A stretch of DNA of 64,000 bases, taken from contig NIVC01000059.1 in NCBI GenBank assembly GCA_002269645.1, positions 124,001 through 188,000 of the forward strand. Reading direction: 5' to 3'. A program made the position numbers and the translations under genes. Source of the DNA: Macrostomum lignano (lineage: Eukaryota). Positions 1-12,662 of the stretch are shown piece by piece (position 1 is the stretch's first letter; each line of letters begins with the position of its first letter). Below the pieces are notes generated by a model. The model was not told the DNA's origin. It did no database searches and saw only the letters and a program-made list of their open reading frames with translations.

Positions 1-1879
1 TCTTCAGTATTCTCTCTTTTCTTATTTTGTTGCTCTCCTTTTTTTAATCTTTTTCCCTCTATTTTCTTTGTTTCTTCTTTACTTTTATTTTCTCTTCTCT
101 TCTCTTTCTCTCTCTCTCTCTCTTCTTACATTTCTCTTTTATAATTTGTCCCCTCTTATTTTTCTAGCCTATAATCATATGCTACATTCTATACCTGGCC
201 TTTAGTTAAAAAGGTTTTCTAACCCTTAGTCTTGAGAGTAAATTAGTTTAAAATAAATTATATACACTTTTCTTTATAGCTATATTGCTTTAGTACACTA
301 TAAATTAGGGAGAGAGTAAATTTTAATCTCAATTCTATAATCTTAGTCTCCCAATATAACTGTTTTGTTAGACTTTCATATTCTTATTTGAGCTTAGACT
401 ATTAAAATTATAATCTTAACAAAATATAAATTCTCAATCTTGATATATCCACAGACATTATTCTTAGCTAACCTAATAAATGTCTATATTTGCTATAACT
501 AGTCCAACCTATTGAAGATCTTATAATAGGAGTTATAATAAATATTTAAAACTTATTTTAACCTAGGCTAGGCCTTAATCTACACTATTTTATAGTTATA
601 TTTCAAAAACAAAAATACAATTTTCAATATAGATAGTTTATCTTATTTTCTTAAATATAAGTCAAAAGGTCTGGGCATTTTAGAGTTTTATGCTTTATCT
701 AAATATCTAATAAAGACATAATAGTTAAGGTCATTCAATGGGACTATATGAAACATTTTAAAACTCTAATTTCTTAGCATATAAATTGTGCATTTGTTTT
801 TAAGACCCTTCTATAAATTATTATTAATTAAAGATTCAAATATATATCTAAATCAAGGATTGGCAACCTTTAGCACAAAGGCTAGATCTAGCCCCCAAAG
901 GCTTCCAATCTAGCCTTTAAGGTTTTAGATGATCTAGAATTCTATCTGGCCCCAAAACTTGCATTCAACCTTATTCCCTTTTCTCTCTTGCTCTTACTTT
1001 TTATCCCTATTTAAGAAAGATAGGCTACAAGTCTGAATGTTTTGAAAAATGGGTGTATAATAATTGGGGAAAGTTGGAATTGTTGGACTAAGATAAAAAT
1101 AAAACAGGTTTTTGGATCATGACATACATAGTATGATAGACTTTCAATGATTAATGTAAGGATTAAGACAGGATTAAGATAAGGGTTGTAATTATCATCA
1201 ATTTAAAACATGTTTGTTTAGACTGACATGATGCAACTATGGTTTTTCATGTCTATATTATTGGCCCCTAAAAAATAAAAAACTTTTTTTGATGAAAAAT
1301 TTCAATGTCATTAGGTCAAATTTTAAAAAATGATTTTTAATGCTTTTAATGGATGCTCTGTTTCTAAATTTAATTGTTCAGTTCAACTATTTAGGACTTT
1401 CCTTGGCCAATATACAATGTAGAATGTATATTCACAATAAGGTTAAAGAGTTTTATGACCCTTTGCACAATAGGCTCACAATTTGCGGGATTGGTTGAAC
1501 TTTATTATAATTTACCAACCAGTGTAATATAGACAATTGATGAAAGAGTGGGTACATGGGGGTTAAAAAGCTGGACTGAAAATTATCAACCCTAAACTGC
1601 TCTGATCTTGTCTGTCTTATTTTATGAATACAACACTGGGTAGTGCAATAATGTAATTGCAGATAAGGGCAATAGCTAAAATGTGCCCAATTAATTCAGA
1701 TTCATTTGGCAAATTTGTATATAAAATTTATACCAATTGTTAGTAGGTCAAAAAAACTACACCAATTGTTAATAGATGGTCAAATATTCAAAAAGCAAAG
1801 TTTTTAATGCTTTCAATATTTAAATTTTCAATTTGAATGCTTATTGTCAGGGGGTTAGTATTGTAGTATGCTTATATAT

Positions 1880-2095
1880 TTAGCAACATCAAAAAGTTGC
1901 CATCACAAAAGATTCTGTCTATGGTTGCCACTTTTGAGAGTGCAGGTAAAGTCTTTTATCTTTGTGAGTGACACAACTTGCTACATTGTGGCAGGCTTAA
2001 TTTGAAGAATGAAGTGAGAGGGGGTGAGGCATGCAAGGATTTTGTTGGACGGATTAAAGCTACCTAATCAGTTTTTGTATTTTTTTAGAATAGTC
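1880..2095 (+). repeat. Dispersed repeat homologous to 37545-37763
   Basis: Shared CATCACA.AAGATTC.GTCT.TGGT.GCCACTTTTGAGAGTGCAGG...ATTAAAGCTAC...AATCAGTTTT...AGAATAG. Confidence 0.8.
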
Positions 2096-2251
2096 CAAGA
2101 GAAATGGCTTATTAGCCGATATAGTAATGACTTTTCAATGTTTCTGAGTATATATAAAATATCAAACAATAAAAAAATTGATTTGGAAGTTGGTCAAATA
2201 TTCAAAAATGGTTTTTTTTCATGCTTTCAATGTTTTGAATTTTGAATTTGA

Positions 2252-2747
2252 ATTCCAGTAACCGTTTGTTTTGCCCATAAACCATTTCAGCCATGGACAT
2301 TTTGCCCCCAGACCATTTTGCCCACAGACCATTTTGGCCATGGACTGTTTCGGCTTTCGTCTCCAATTTGGACCAGGGTTGAAATGAACATGCGCACAAC
2401 AATACGATTTATTATAAGCAAGGTTCAATAGTAGCCACCCCCAGTCCAAGGCTAAAACACCAACAATCTATATACTAATCCGTATACTAAAATTACAATA
2501 GAGCAGAGATGTGCAAATTGAGCGTGAGCCGCGGACCATGAGCACATGTATTGCATTACTGGCTGACTGAGAAATAACATTAATATATATACATTGTAAC
2601 TTCAATTCCATTCAATTCATTCCAGGCTAAAATATATAATCACCATTTTGGCCGAAACACCCATTGCCGAACTGGTTTATGGGCGAAATGGTCTAGGGGC
2701 GAAATGTACATGGCCGAAACAGTTTAGGGGCGAAACAACCGGAATTC
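2252..2747. mobile_element. Foldback-like MITE with about 95-bp imperfect TIRs built from sub-repeats
   Basis: About 2260-2354 aligns with the reverse complement of 2652-2747; both arms consist of repeated (GA)CCATTT(C/T)GCCC-like units. Confidence 0.75.
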
Positions 2748-3375
2748 TTGAATTCCCCATGGGGGCTTAATACGCTAGTAGTCCCTAATTATTTTCTTGC
2801 TTGTTCTTTCTTATTCCAGGTCCAAATTTTGTCACTTGCAAAAAATAGCTTCTTAGTAACTGATATCACTGATTCACTATAAACAGAATAACATATAGGT
2901 CACTAGGGGCTCTACTTTATGAGCTTAAGTTGATAGGCCCTTTGTATATAGATCCCAGGGCCATAATAGGCTTAGATATAGATTAACCTAGTAGGCCCCC
3001 TAATGCCCTAAGTAGGACCTAATATTGCAATAGGGCCTACCATAGGCATAGGCTCATAATAGTTTAATTTTAGGACAAGACAAGACTAAGGCTAAATAAT
3101 AAATATTAGACCTAATAATTAATATTAATGGAAAACCCTATTTATACTTAGCCTAAAGGTTTACATTTATAATGAGTAAAGTAAAGTCCAATCATTTCTA
3201 TGAACAATCTAGACTTGGGATGGTAGACTAGGCCTAGCTGCTATACATCATACATGTATGCCAGAAAATTCCAGCATATAGAGGGATTCGGCGGCAATCT
3301 TTTAGTTTCACATGTTTAATTCGAAAACTGTTTTTAAAACCACAGTTAATGATAGTTTTGTTTTATGTTTTATGC

Positions 3376-3595
3376 CTCAGATGGCATAATAGTGCGCCAC
3401 CCAGAAAAGGATGTTCCCAAAGGTATTGTGCAGGTGGTAGTGACACTAGAGAAATTTGTCCAAGTGGATGTCAAACAGGGCCTTGGACGTGCCATGCATG
3501 GCCCTGAAATGGGCCTTAGTGTGGGCCCATGTGCCCTCCACTGTGTTTGTATAGACTTCTGGGTGGTTAGGATCCACAAAGTGCAGCCGATGGTT
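3376..3595 (-). mobile_element. Merlin (IS1595/ISXO2-like DDE) transposase C-terminal relic
   Basis: A minus frame not listed in the ORF track reads IVNHRLHFVDPNHPEVYTNTVEGTWAHTKAHFRAMHGTSKALFDIHLDKFL*...FGNILFWVAHYY. This matches the VNH...FVDP...HTNTIEG.W....HG....YL.EF.W motif, with W mutated to TAG. Confidence 0.75.
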
Positions 3596-4595
3596 CACTA
3601 TCAAATGATTGGGTAGTTTAAATAATTAAAAATGCTTTAAAATAATTAAACATGCAAAACTAGAAGATTGTCGATTTGGCATATACCATTAGCATACAAA
3701 TTTGCATAATAAGCCTACAGAGGGGCCTGGTATAGGCATTACCTATATTTAGTATAGAGAGCCTACCTCTTGGCCTTGGGCTTGGTATATAGGTACAATA
3801 CTAAATTTTGTGTATGTATATATTTTTTTGAGTCCTAAGTTATTAATCTTATTTCATTGTCATCTATTTTTTCTTGTCATTTCTCAGATATTAGGCACTA
3901 GGCCTATCTTGTGGTTGTGTTCAGTTGTTCAGTTCAGTAAAGTGAATAGGCCTAACTAGGCCTAAGTTCAACCTTTTTTAAAGTCTAACTCATGTCTCGA
4001 GCTTTCTAGTTTAATATTATATACATTCTCATACTTTACTAGAATATATGTCTAGCAGTTGTTAAAAATGGGGATCACACCATACATTACAATTCAGTAT
4101 CACAATTTGCACATCATAGTATCGGGCACGGCTAGGCCTAGCAGGAGTGACTTACTAGACTTGGGGTCGTACTATCTATAAAGCTGTTGTAGCGTAAGTT
4201 CGATCGTACGTCTTAACTTTTACACTGCAGAGATAGGAGCTAAGAACGATCTTATCTTACGATGGCGTTATATACAACGGGCCCATCTTTACTTTACATA
4301 TAAAAAAATAGTCCATTCAGCGCACTCGCAGGATAAAAATATCGACAATGGACGATAAACAACAGGAAAAAATCTTAATTTCTAACGTTATTTCACTCTT
4401 TTAAGGTACAAGCTAATAATAATTATCTAATTAGTTTGTAATGCTATCTTAGAAATAAAACATTTTGTTTTACTTTTAAGTTTCTCGGCAAACATATATT
4501 AACGCACGGATTTAAGACATGAGATTTTTCTGTTTAATTCGTCCTTTCTGAATCTGCAATACACATTTCGCTGTTTCGGAAAATAAATTGCGGAG

Positions 4596-6831
4596 ATGGC
4601 ATCTTCTGAGCCAACAAAAATCGAAAAAGTTGTGAAAATTAATTTATCTCGAGGAATTAACGACGAAGTCACGGTCGACATAGAACGCTTAGAAGATTTG
4701 TTTGTATTGGACGAGGAGGGAAACTCAATACGCTTCGGTGATCTATACAAAGATAAGAAGACGGTTGTCGTCCTTCTCAGGGTATGAAAGTTGGAGTATT
4801 TTGAATGATCGAGCTACGGTATGAAAAATCATGGTTACTAAAAAGGCAATTATATTTCCCTGGATGCACTGTTTTAAGGCACTGCACAAGTCGTAGCGCT
4901 GATGAGGGGACTAAGATAGCATTACAAACGTTCAATTTGCACTGGATGTTCTTCACTCTCAGTTTATTGACGTCGACGATTTCCACTGAAATAAGCTGTG
5001 CTGAAAATAACCAATTAGCTTTCAGTGGCGCAACTAAGGGGGACAGGGTCAGTCGCCCCCTTTAGGTGGAGACCTGAAAAAATCAAAGGGGGTAGGGACC
5101 AAGCGCATTTTCGCCAAAATACAGAGGCTCCCTTCCGAACCCGGCTAGTTGCGCCACCGTTTTAGTTTTTTTTCTGTTGAAAGTCGCACATCAAATTTTG
5201 ATATAAAGATTTGGGCTTTCTTTGCTTTGATTCGAAGAATCATCTATCTTCAAGTAAGTCCTTTTTAAATTTAGTACCACCTCTAAAATTTTATCCGTTA
5301 TTCTGCAGCATCCCCAGTGCTTCACGGCAAAAGAATACGCTGAGGACCTGGCAAAAATACCAGATGACTACCTTGAAAAGGGAAATGTGCAGCTCGTAAC
5401 CATTGGGCCTCATGGGCCTGATCTGATTCCTGTACGTTTGACCCATTTTAACTCTAAGACATCTAAACACTAAAACAATGTTATTTGAGAAACGATCATT
5501 CCGAAATCCTCACAGATGTTCAGGGAGGAGACCGGATTCCGCCACGCTATGCTATGCGACCCAGACGCCGCAATCTACAAGGCGATCGGTTGCAAGTGCG
5601 ACGAATTGAACGGCAACAATCAGGGTGGGTGCGGCGAGTGCCAGCATCGATTTTTGGAGGAGGGAGGGTTGAAAAGAGTTTTGAGGTAGCAAAATTCGAG
5701 GAATGTGAAGTTTCGGGTATTTATGAATTATGAGGTAACTTGAGGAATCTAAATAGTTGTAATAAATTCTTATCTAAACGGTTTTAGATAATGCAAGTCT
5801 TCCTCTCTTCCACTCTCTACCTCTCTACTTCTACTTCTATCCAGCTCGATCACGCTCTCCCTCTCGCTCCATCTCTCCGCCTCTGACTCTACCTCTCTCC
5901 CTCACTCACCTATCTCTTTCCCTCATCCTTGTCTCTCCCCCTCCCCCATCTCTCCGCCTCTGACTCTACCTCTCTCCCTCACTCACCTATCTCTTTCCCT
6001 CACCCTTGTCTCTCCCCCTCCCCCATCTCTCCGCCTCTGACTCTACCTCTCTCCCTCACTCACCTATCTCTTTCCCTCACCCTTGTCTCTCCCCCTCCCC
6101 ATCTCTCCGCCTCTGAATCTACCTCTCTCCCTCACTCACCTATCTCTTTCCCTCACCCTTGTCTCTCCCCCTCCCCCATCTCTCCGCCTCTGACTCTACC
6201 TCTCTCCCTCACTCACCTATCTCTTTCCCTCACCCTTGTGTCTCTCCCTCTCCCCCATCTCTCCCCTCCCCCCCCATATCTCCCTCTCCCCATTTCTCTC
6301 TCTCCTCTCCCACATCTATCCCTCTCTCCCCATCTCCCTCTCTCCTCTCTCCATCTCACTCTCTCTCTTCCCATTCTCCCCCGTCTCTCCCTGTCTTCCC
6401 CATGTCTCCCCTTTTCTCCCTCTCTCCTTTTGTCTCTTTGTACTTCTCCCATGTCTCACTCCCTTTCCCACTGTCTTTCTCTCCCTTTTCGACTCTCCCA
6501 AGGCATCATTTATATACATGTAGTTATAAAACAGCAGTCAAGATTGTACTTTTTCTTTCAATATTTTCCAGACCCCACTACCAGCAAGCACGTGAAGTCT
6601 GGCTGGCTCTCCGGCATCCTCAGCAGCACCTACCGGGCCATGTGGTACCGCGACTTCAAGGCCAACTTGTTGCTAAACGGCGCCTGTCTGGTACTCGGGC
6701 CGGGCAAGCAGGTACACAGCAGCCACTTGGACAAGGGCATGTTCGACCAGATGCCAATCAATGCCATATTAGAGGCTGTCTGCGGGCTCACGATGAGCTT
6801 CCCTAAGGATAGGCGAGTCTTGAAAGTTTAA
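4596..6831 (+). CDS. PRXL2C: Peroxiredoxin-like 2C / AAED1 (AhpC-TSA_2 thioredoxin-fold) protein, 4 exons
   Basis: Exons 4596-4781, 5309-5431, 5516-5624 and 6572-6831 have GT-AG junctions and consistent phases (0,0,1). Translation MASSEPTK...KKTVVVLLR|HPQCFTAKEYAEDLAKIP...|MFREETGFRHAMLCDPDAAIYKAIG...|DPTTSKHVKSGWLSG...LVLGPGKQVHSSHLDK...PINAIL follows the PRXL2C pattern (RHFLCxxCKEYVEDLAKIP; SPHVKS; GTLILGPG). Homology recognised from memory, no search run. Confidence 0.9.
5023..5159. mobile_element. Small hAT-like MITE in PRXL2C intron 1
   Basis: TIRs CAGTGGCGCAACTA / TAGTTGCGCCACCG; no convincing TSD. Confidence 0.6.
5870..6500. repeat. About 77-bp CT-rich tandem repeat (about 5 copies) plus low-complexity sequence in PRXL2C intron 3
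   Basis: TCTCCGCCTC recurs at 5951, 6028, 6104 and 6181. Confidence 0.9.
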
Positions 6832-7164
6832 AATGATTTGTATAGAGTGGGGATGCTACACTCGCAAATTGTGTGAATTTCGTCAGAGGACAGCCGGTTG
6901 TCGCTGCATTAGAAATTGAGCCAGAAATCTTGCATTGTCACAACTCTGGACTTCAGAATTGCAAGTGAGGCAGATTTGCGTTTTTTTTCGAATTTCTAGT
7001 CGGAATTTAAAAGAAGAATAATCAAATGTCACTCGCAAAAAATGCGCTTATATTACTCTTTTCTCATGAGTAGCATACTAGCAAGCTGCGCCCCCCTTGG
7101 GGAGCCAAGCACAAAGAAATGGAATACAATTTTTTTAATAAAGTACGTGTAGATTCTAAACTCA

Positions 7165-9112
7165 GCTTTGGCATCTCAGATTCCCCCATAATCCTTGATA
7201 TCTCAGCAATACCTAAATCTAAACCTTGACATCACAGTGCAGTAATTCCCCCATAAGCTTTGACATCTCAGATTCCCCCATAATCCTTGAAATCTCAGCA
7301 ATACCTAAATCTAAACCTTGACATCACAGTGCAGTAATTCCCCCATAAGCTTTGACATCTCAGATTCCCCCATAATCCTTGAAATCTCAGCAATACCTAA
7401 ATCTAAACCTTGACATCACAGTGCAGTAATTCCCCCATAAGCTTTGACATCTCAGATTCCCCCATAATCCTTGAAATCTCAGCAATACCTAAATCTAAAC
7501 CTTGACATCACAGTGCAGTAATTCCCCCATAAGCTTTGACATCTCAGATTCCCCCATAATCCTTGAAATCTCAGCAATACCTAAATCTAAACCTTGACAT
7601 CACAGTGCAGTAATTCCCCCATAAGCTTTGACATCTCAGATTCCCCCATAATCCTTGAAATCTCAGCAATACCTAAATCTAAACCTTGACATCACAGTGC
7701 AGTAATTCCCCCATAAGCTTTGACATCTCAGATTCCCCCATAATCCTTGAAATCTCAGCAATACCTAAATCTAAACCTTGACATCACAGTGCAGTAATTC
7801 CCCCATAAGCTTTGACATCTCAGATTCCCCCATAAGCCTTGAAATCTCAGCAATACCTAAATCTAAACCTTGACATCACAGTGCAGTAATTCCCCCATAA
7901 GCCTTGACATCTCAGCAATTCCCCCAGTAAGCCTTGACATCTCAGCAATTCCCCCCAGTAAGCCTTGACATCTCAGCAATTCCCCCAGTAAGCCTTGACA
8001 TCTCAGCAATTCCCCCCAGTAAGCCTTGACATCTCAGCAATTCCCCCAGTAAGCCTTGACATCTCAGCAATTCCCCCAGTAAGCCTTGACATCACAGTGC
8101 AGTAATTCCCCCATAAGCCTTGACATCTCAGCAATTCCCCCCAGTAAGCCTTGACATCTCAGCAATTCCCCCAGTAAGCCTTGACAACTCAGCAATTCCC
8201 CCCAGTAAGCCTTGACATCTCAGCAATTCCCCCAGTAAGCCTTGACATCTCAGCAATTCCCCCAGTAAGCCTTGACATCTCAGATTCCTCCTATAAGCCT
8301 TGACATCTCAGCAATTCCCCCAGTAAGCCTTGACATCACAGTGCAGTAATTCCCCCATAAGCCTTGACATCTCAGCAATTCCCCCAGTAAGCCTTGACAT
8401 CTCAGCAATTCCCCCAGTAAGCCTTGACATCTCAGCAATTCCCCCAGTAAGCCTTGACATCTCAGCAATTCCCCCAGTAAGCCTTGACATCACAGTGCAG
8501 TAATTCCCCCATAAGCCTTGACATCTCAGCAATTCCCCCAGTAAGCCTTGACAACTCAGCAATTCCCCCCAGTAAGCCTTGACATCTCAGCAATTCCCCC
8601 AGTAAGCCTTGACATCTCAGCAATTCCCCCAGTAAGCCTTGACATCTCAGATTCCTCCTATAAGCCTTGACATCTCAGCAATTCCCCCAGTAAGCCTTGA
8701 CATCTCAGCAATTCCCCCAGTAAGCCTTGACATCTCAGTAATTCCCCCATAAGCCTTGACATCTCAGCAATTCCCCCCAGTAAGCCTTGACAACTCAGCA
8801 ATTCCCCCCAGTAAGCCTTGACATCTCAGCAATTCCCCCAGTAAGCCTTGACATCTCAGCAATTCCCCCAGTAAGCCTTGACATCTCAGATTCCTCCTAT
8901 AAGCCTTGACATATCAGCAATTCCCCCAGTAAGCCTTGAAAACTCAGCAATTCCCCCAGTAAGCCTTGAAAACTCAGCAATTCCCCCCAGTAAGCCTTGA
9001 CATCTCAGCAATTCCCCCAGTAAGCCTTGACATCTCAGCAATTCCCCCAGTAAGCTTTGACATCTCGGCAATTCCCCCCGGTAAGCCTTGACATCTCAGC
9101 AATTCCCCAGTA
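7165..9112. repeat. Composite satellite: 92-bp higher-order unit (about 7165-7905) grading into a 30-bp monomer array
   Basis: 92-bp period (7262 to 7354) = 27+31+34-bp subunits; monomer GACATCTCAGCAATTCCCCCAGTAAGCCTT. Confidence 0.95.
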
Positions 9113-12100
9113 GGTCACAGTAAGCTTGTGAAACATATCTCCGACAAAATGCTTACTTGCTTCATTTGGAATTTGAAAGTCCAGAATATGTGAGGGTACA
9201 CGTTGAAGCAATTTTAGTTCCAAAGAGACTGAAAACGCCGCGTAAAACTGCATGGCCTCCGCCCTCCGGAGAAATTTGGCGCATTTAAACCGAAGTGTAG
9301 TCTGGCGTTGCAGTGGACCGAAATGTTATACTGTTAATTTGTTTGTTTTTTTGCCTTGAATTTGCCTAGAAATTTGCCTTGTTTAATTACGCGTACACAA
9401 ACGTAATTCTTTTTAGCTGATAAATTAATTTTAATTTGATGCAATTCATAAATTGCACAGACAACATTTTTTTCATCTGCAATGATCTCATAGATAGTTT
9501 AGCGCAATATGCCGATATTACTAAAACAAGCTTGTCCGAACATTTTTCTGTCACCTGCAGAAGTTTTTTGGCGCACTAATATAGTCCTCAGTCTCAAGCA
9601 ATTAAGCAATTAATTAAACTGCTGCAATTCTTTTATTTGTAGAAAAGTGCTTCATCATTTCCTACTTAATGGTTTAATCTTACGGCATGCATTTTAAATG
9701 TTGTCGCGCTTTTCTTATTCATTTCTTTAGTTCGTCAGCACTGATTGGTCTCTGTTTACTCTGTGTTCTCTCCTCTCTGTTACTTTAGGGAGCACGGAAA
9801 TTTCCCGCCGGGGTTTGCCCACAGGGTCCCAATCGGAATTTCAAGTCAAATCCAGGCGTTAAAAGCCTCCGGGCCTCAGTTCTCAGAAATGAATCAATTA
9901 GTGTCCCCCCACTCCTGTCAGATGGTCAGCCCCAATGTAGCTTGATCGTGTGGCGAGCAGTCTAGGTCCTATAGCTAAGAGAGGGAAAGCGAGAGACATT
10001 TTAAAAATGAGATCAGCTAATCCGCAGATTAACTAACCCGCTGCCACCAGCCCGTGTGTCCTGGCTCACCAAACCGGGACTCTCGAAATCGGGCTTCCGA
10101 CTAGAAGGGGCTTTGCACTTTACCTGCCAACTAGTGTCTTTTTGCTGTCAATCTCGAAGTCATAGCCGATGATAAGGGACACTGCTGGGACTTGATCGCA
10201 TTGGCCATGCAGGTACAGAGGGGACTTGTGCAGGGGATTCTTGCAGTGGCGAGACTATGAGGTACTGTAGCTACATGTACATGTATTTACATTGCTAAAT
10301 AAGAGGGATTGTATTTTCGGCCTTCAACGCGCTAACCGGCCTCTCGTAGCGCTGATGATAAACTTACTCAAACTTTAGAGACCGCATGATTCATTACCCG
10401 AGCCGCTTGGCGAACCTGGAGTGCACAGAGTACACCTCTAGCGCCGATTTTGGCCTATTGGCAATTTCGCTAACTGATTCGATAGATTGATCGACTGGGA
10501 ACTGCCTTGCCATTGGTCCACTGTGACCGGCGCCTACTAGCTTAGCCACTCATCTGAGCCATCGGCGAACAAAGAAATAAAACCGATAGAAATAACTGTC
10601 AGATTTAACCTTCTCCTTGAATCACTTCACACCTCAGATTAAATTGGAGCTTCAGACTACTAACAGTATTATTGAATGATTTCTGCCTCAATAACAGCAC
10701 TACTGAACAAAATGAGCAAAATTGTGCGCCTAATCCAGCTACTGAAATAGGGGACAGATAAGGAATCACCCAATCAAGCAATTGTCTAGGTAGCCTCTCA
10801 CCCAACCAATCAGAAACCAGCCGGGAGACCATGCAGGTAATCCACAATGACTTAATCGGCTTAGTGCTTCGCAGCTGTAGGCCCGGAATGATGCTGTCCA
10901 CAATCGTTGCAGATAGCTAGCAGGTGATGGACTTGGTCCCGAAGAAGTCAACTGGGGGAGATGTTCTCAGTGACGAGAGGGGAGATGTTGTACTCCGGGG
11001 GTCGCAAATCCAAGGGGAGTGAGACCGGGGATGCTTCTAGAGCCAGTCCGAGCGTCTAGAGCAGGGTCAGAGTGGGCAGAAGTGAAAGGTTGGTTCCGAG
11101 CGGGCCAAAGCATCGGCTTAAATGGTCGCCAACTGGACCGCAGTTTGTTATAATGAAACACCTCGACGCTGATTGGCTGAGCCGATTTGTTATAACTGAC
11201 GTCGAATTTTCTGATTGGCTGAGCTTGTTGCCACCCAACTGAAGTGATCAAAAGATCCTATCAGTTCCCTCGCGGCCATAAAAATACGCCAGGTATTGTC
11301 ATAAATCACTCAAAATCGCTACATAATGATTTATGGCTTTTTGCGTAGGAATTACTGCAAACATTTATAAAAAATATGCACTAGAAGGTCTCATTATGTA
11401 GAAAGAAGATGATGAAGAGAAATCGATAATCGCTAATCCAAAAGTACTTTTAGGGATAAAACGCATGCTGTCAAAGCTGACAAACGCTTGAGAAAACACG
11501 AACAACAGGCCCTGACCTCATAAATCTGATGGCCTGTCAAAAATGATGAGAAAAAGCCAACCGCCCGCATCTTCTCAGACCATCTGGCGCCAGCTTCAAC
11601 ACTGAGTGAGATGCAGGTGGCTGTCAGACACACCTACAAGCAATGATTTATGACCCAAAAAGTACCGAAAACCACGCCTATGCTATAATGACTACAAGTA
11701 TGGCAAAATCATATAGCTATAAAAGTATGAATTCGAGTAAAATTACAGAAAAGAAAGAAGTGGGAAAAATGCCCATATAGCCTGCTATCAGTAGGCTAAC
11801 AAGTTTAGAACCCATATGTGAGCATGAGATTTGGAAAAAAATGCGTCCTCATCATATTGACATAATACGAGTATATCCCCCTCTGGGCCCTGAGCCCCAT
11901 TTTTGTCTGTTTTTATTGCTTTTAAATCTAATTAAACACTCCGATCATTCATGATTAATACACTGTAATTATTTTCAAGGACTACTTAAGTAGAAGAGTA
12001 GTTAAGTAGATATATATGTTAATTTAGTCGTCCTTAATTATTTTTTTATTACACAATTAGCAGCTCTTGAGAGCTCAGCTATCTGTTTTGGCAGGACAAT

Positions 12101-12267
12101 GAGTACAACCAACGTAGATACTACTAGTGCCGTCATGAGGGATGTGCATGCATGTAATGCTCACTCAATGGTTCTCAGATGGATTAATTACAGAGCGGAG
12201 AGCAACCTTTTTTCTTTTTTAGAACTTTCATCATTTTAGAAACAGTAGTTTCTGTACGAGCACTACA

Positions 12268-12573
12268 AGCTGTTGAAACCCGCGGATTTTGAACCCGTGG
12301 AATTCCAATTTCCGGAACTATTTTTGCATGTACATGTACTCTAAAATCTGAAGTCATACTCAAACAAAAACTTGTTAATAGTTAGGATAGAGGTAAACAT
12401 AAAATGGAGTAAATGCGTGAAATTAAGATTTGAAGCAAGCATTGATCTCATTGGCTGGACTGCTGCGCAGAATGTCAGGCAATGTCTTTCGAAAACATGT
12501 ACATGTATTGGCAAACTCTGGCCTCTGTCTATGTCCCTGATCGGATCCTTTGAAACTTCTATCATCTCTTCTG

Positions 12574-12662
<89 letters not shown>

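Noticed and set aside
4163-4284. Possible Harbinger/Tourist-like MITE near the PRXL2C promoter
   Set aside because: The arms are too diverged and there is no TSD; not supportable by eye.
4888-4935. CTGATGA motifs as hammerhead cores (also about 10352, 19316, 59212)
   Set aside because: No properly spaced stem II plus GAAA.
7165-9112. CRISPR-like regular repeats (also the 30-36-bp units elsewhere)
   Set aside because: Head-to-tail tandem units without unique spacers, no cas genes, eukaryotic context.
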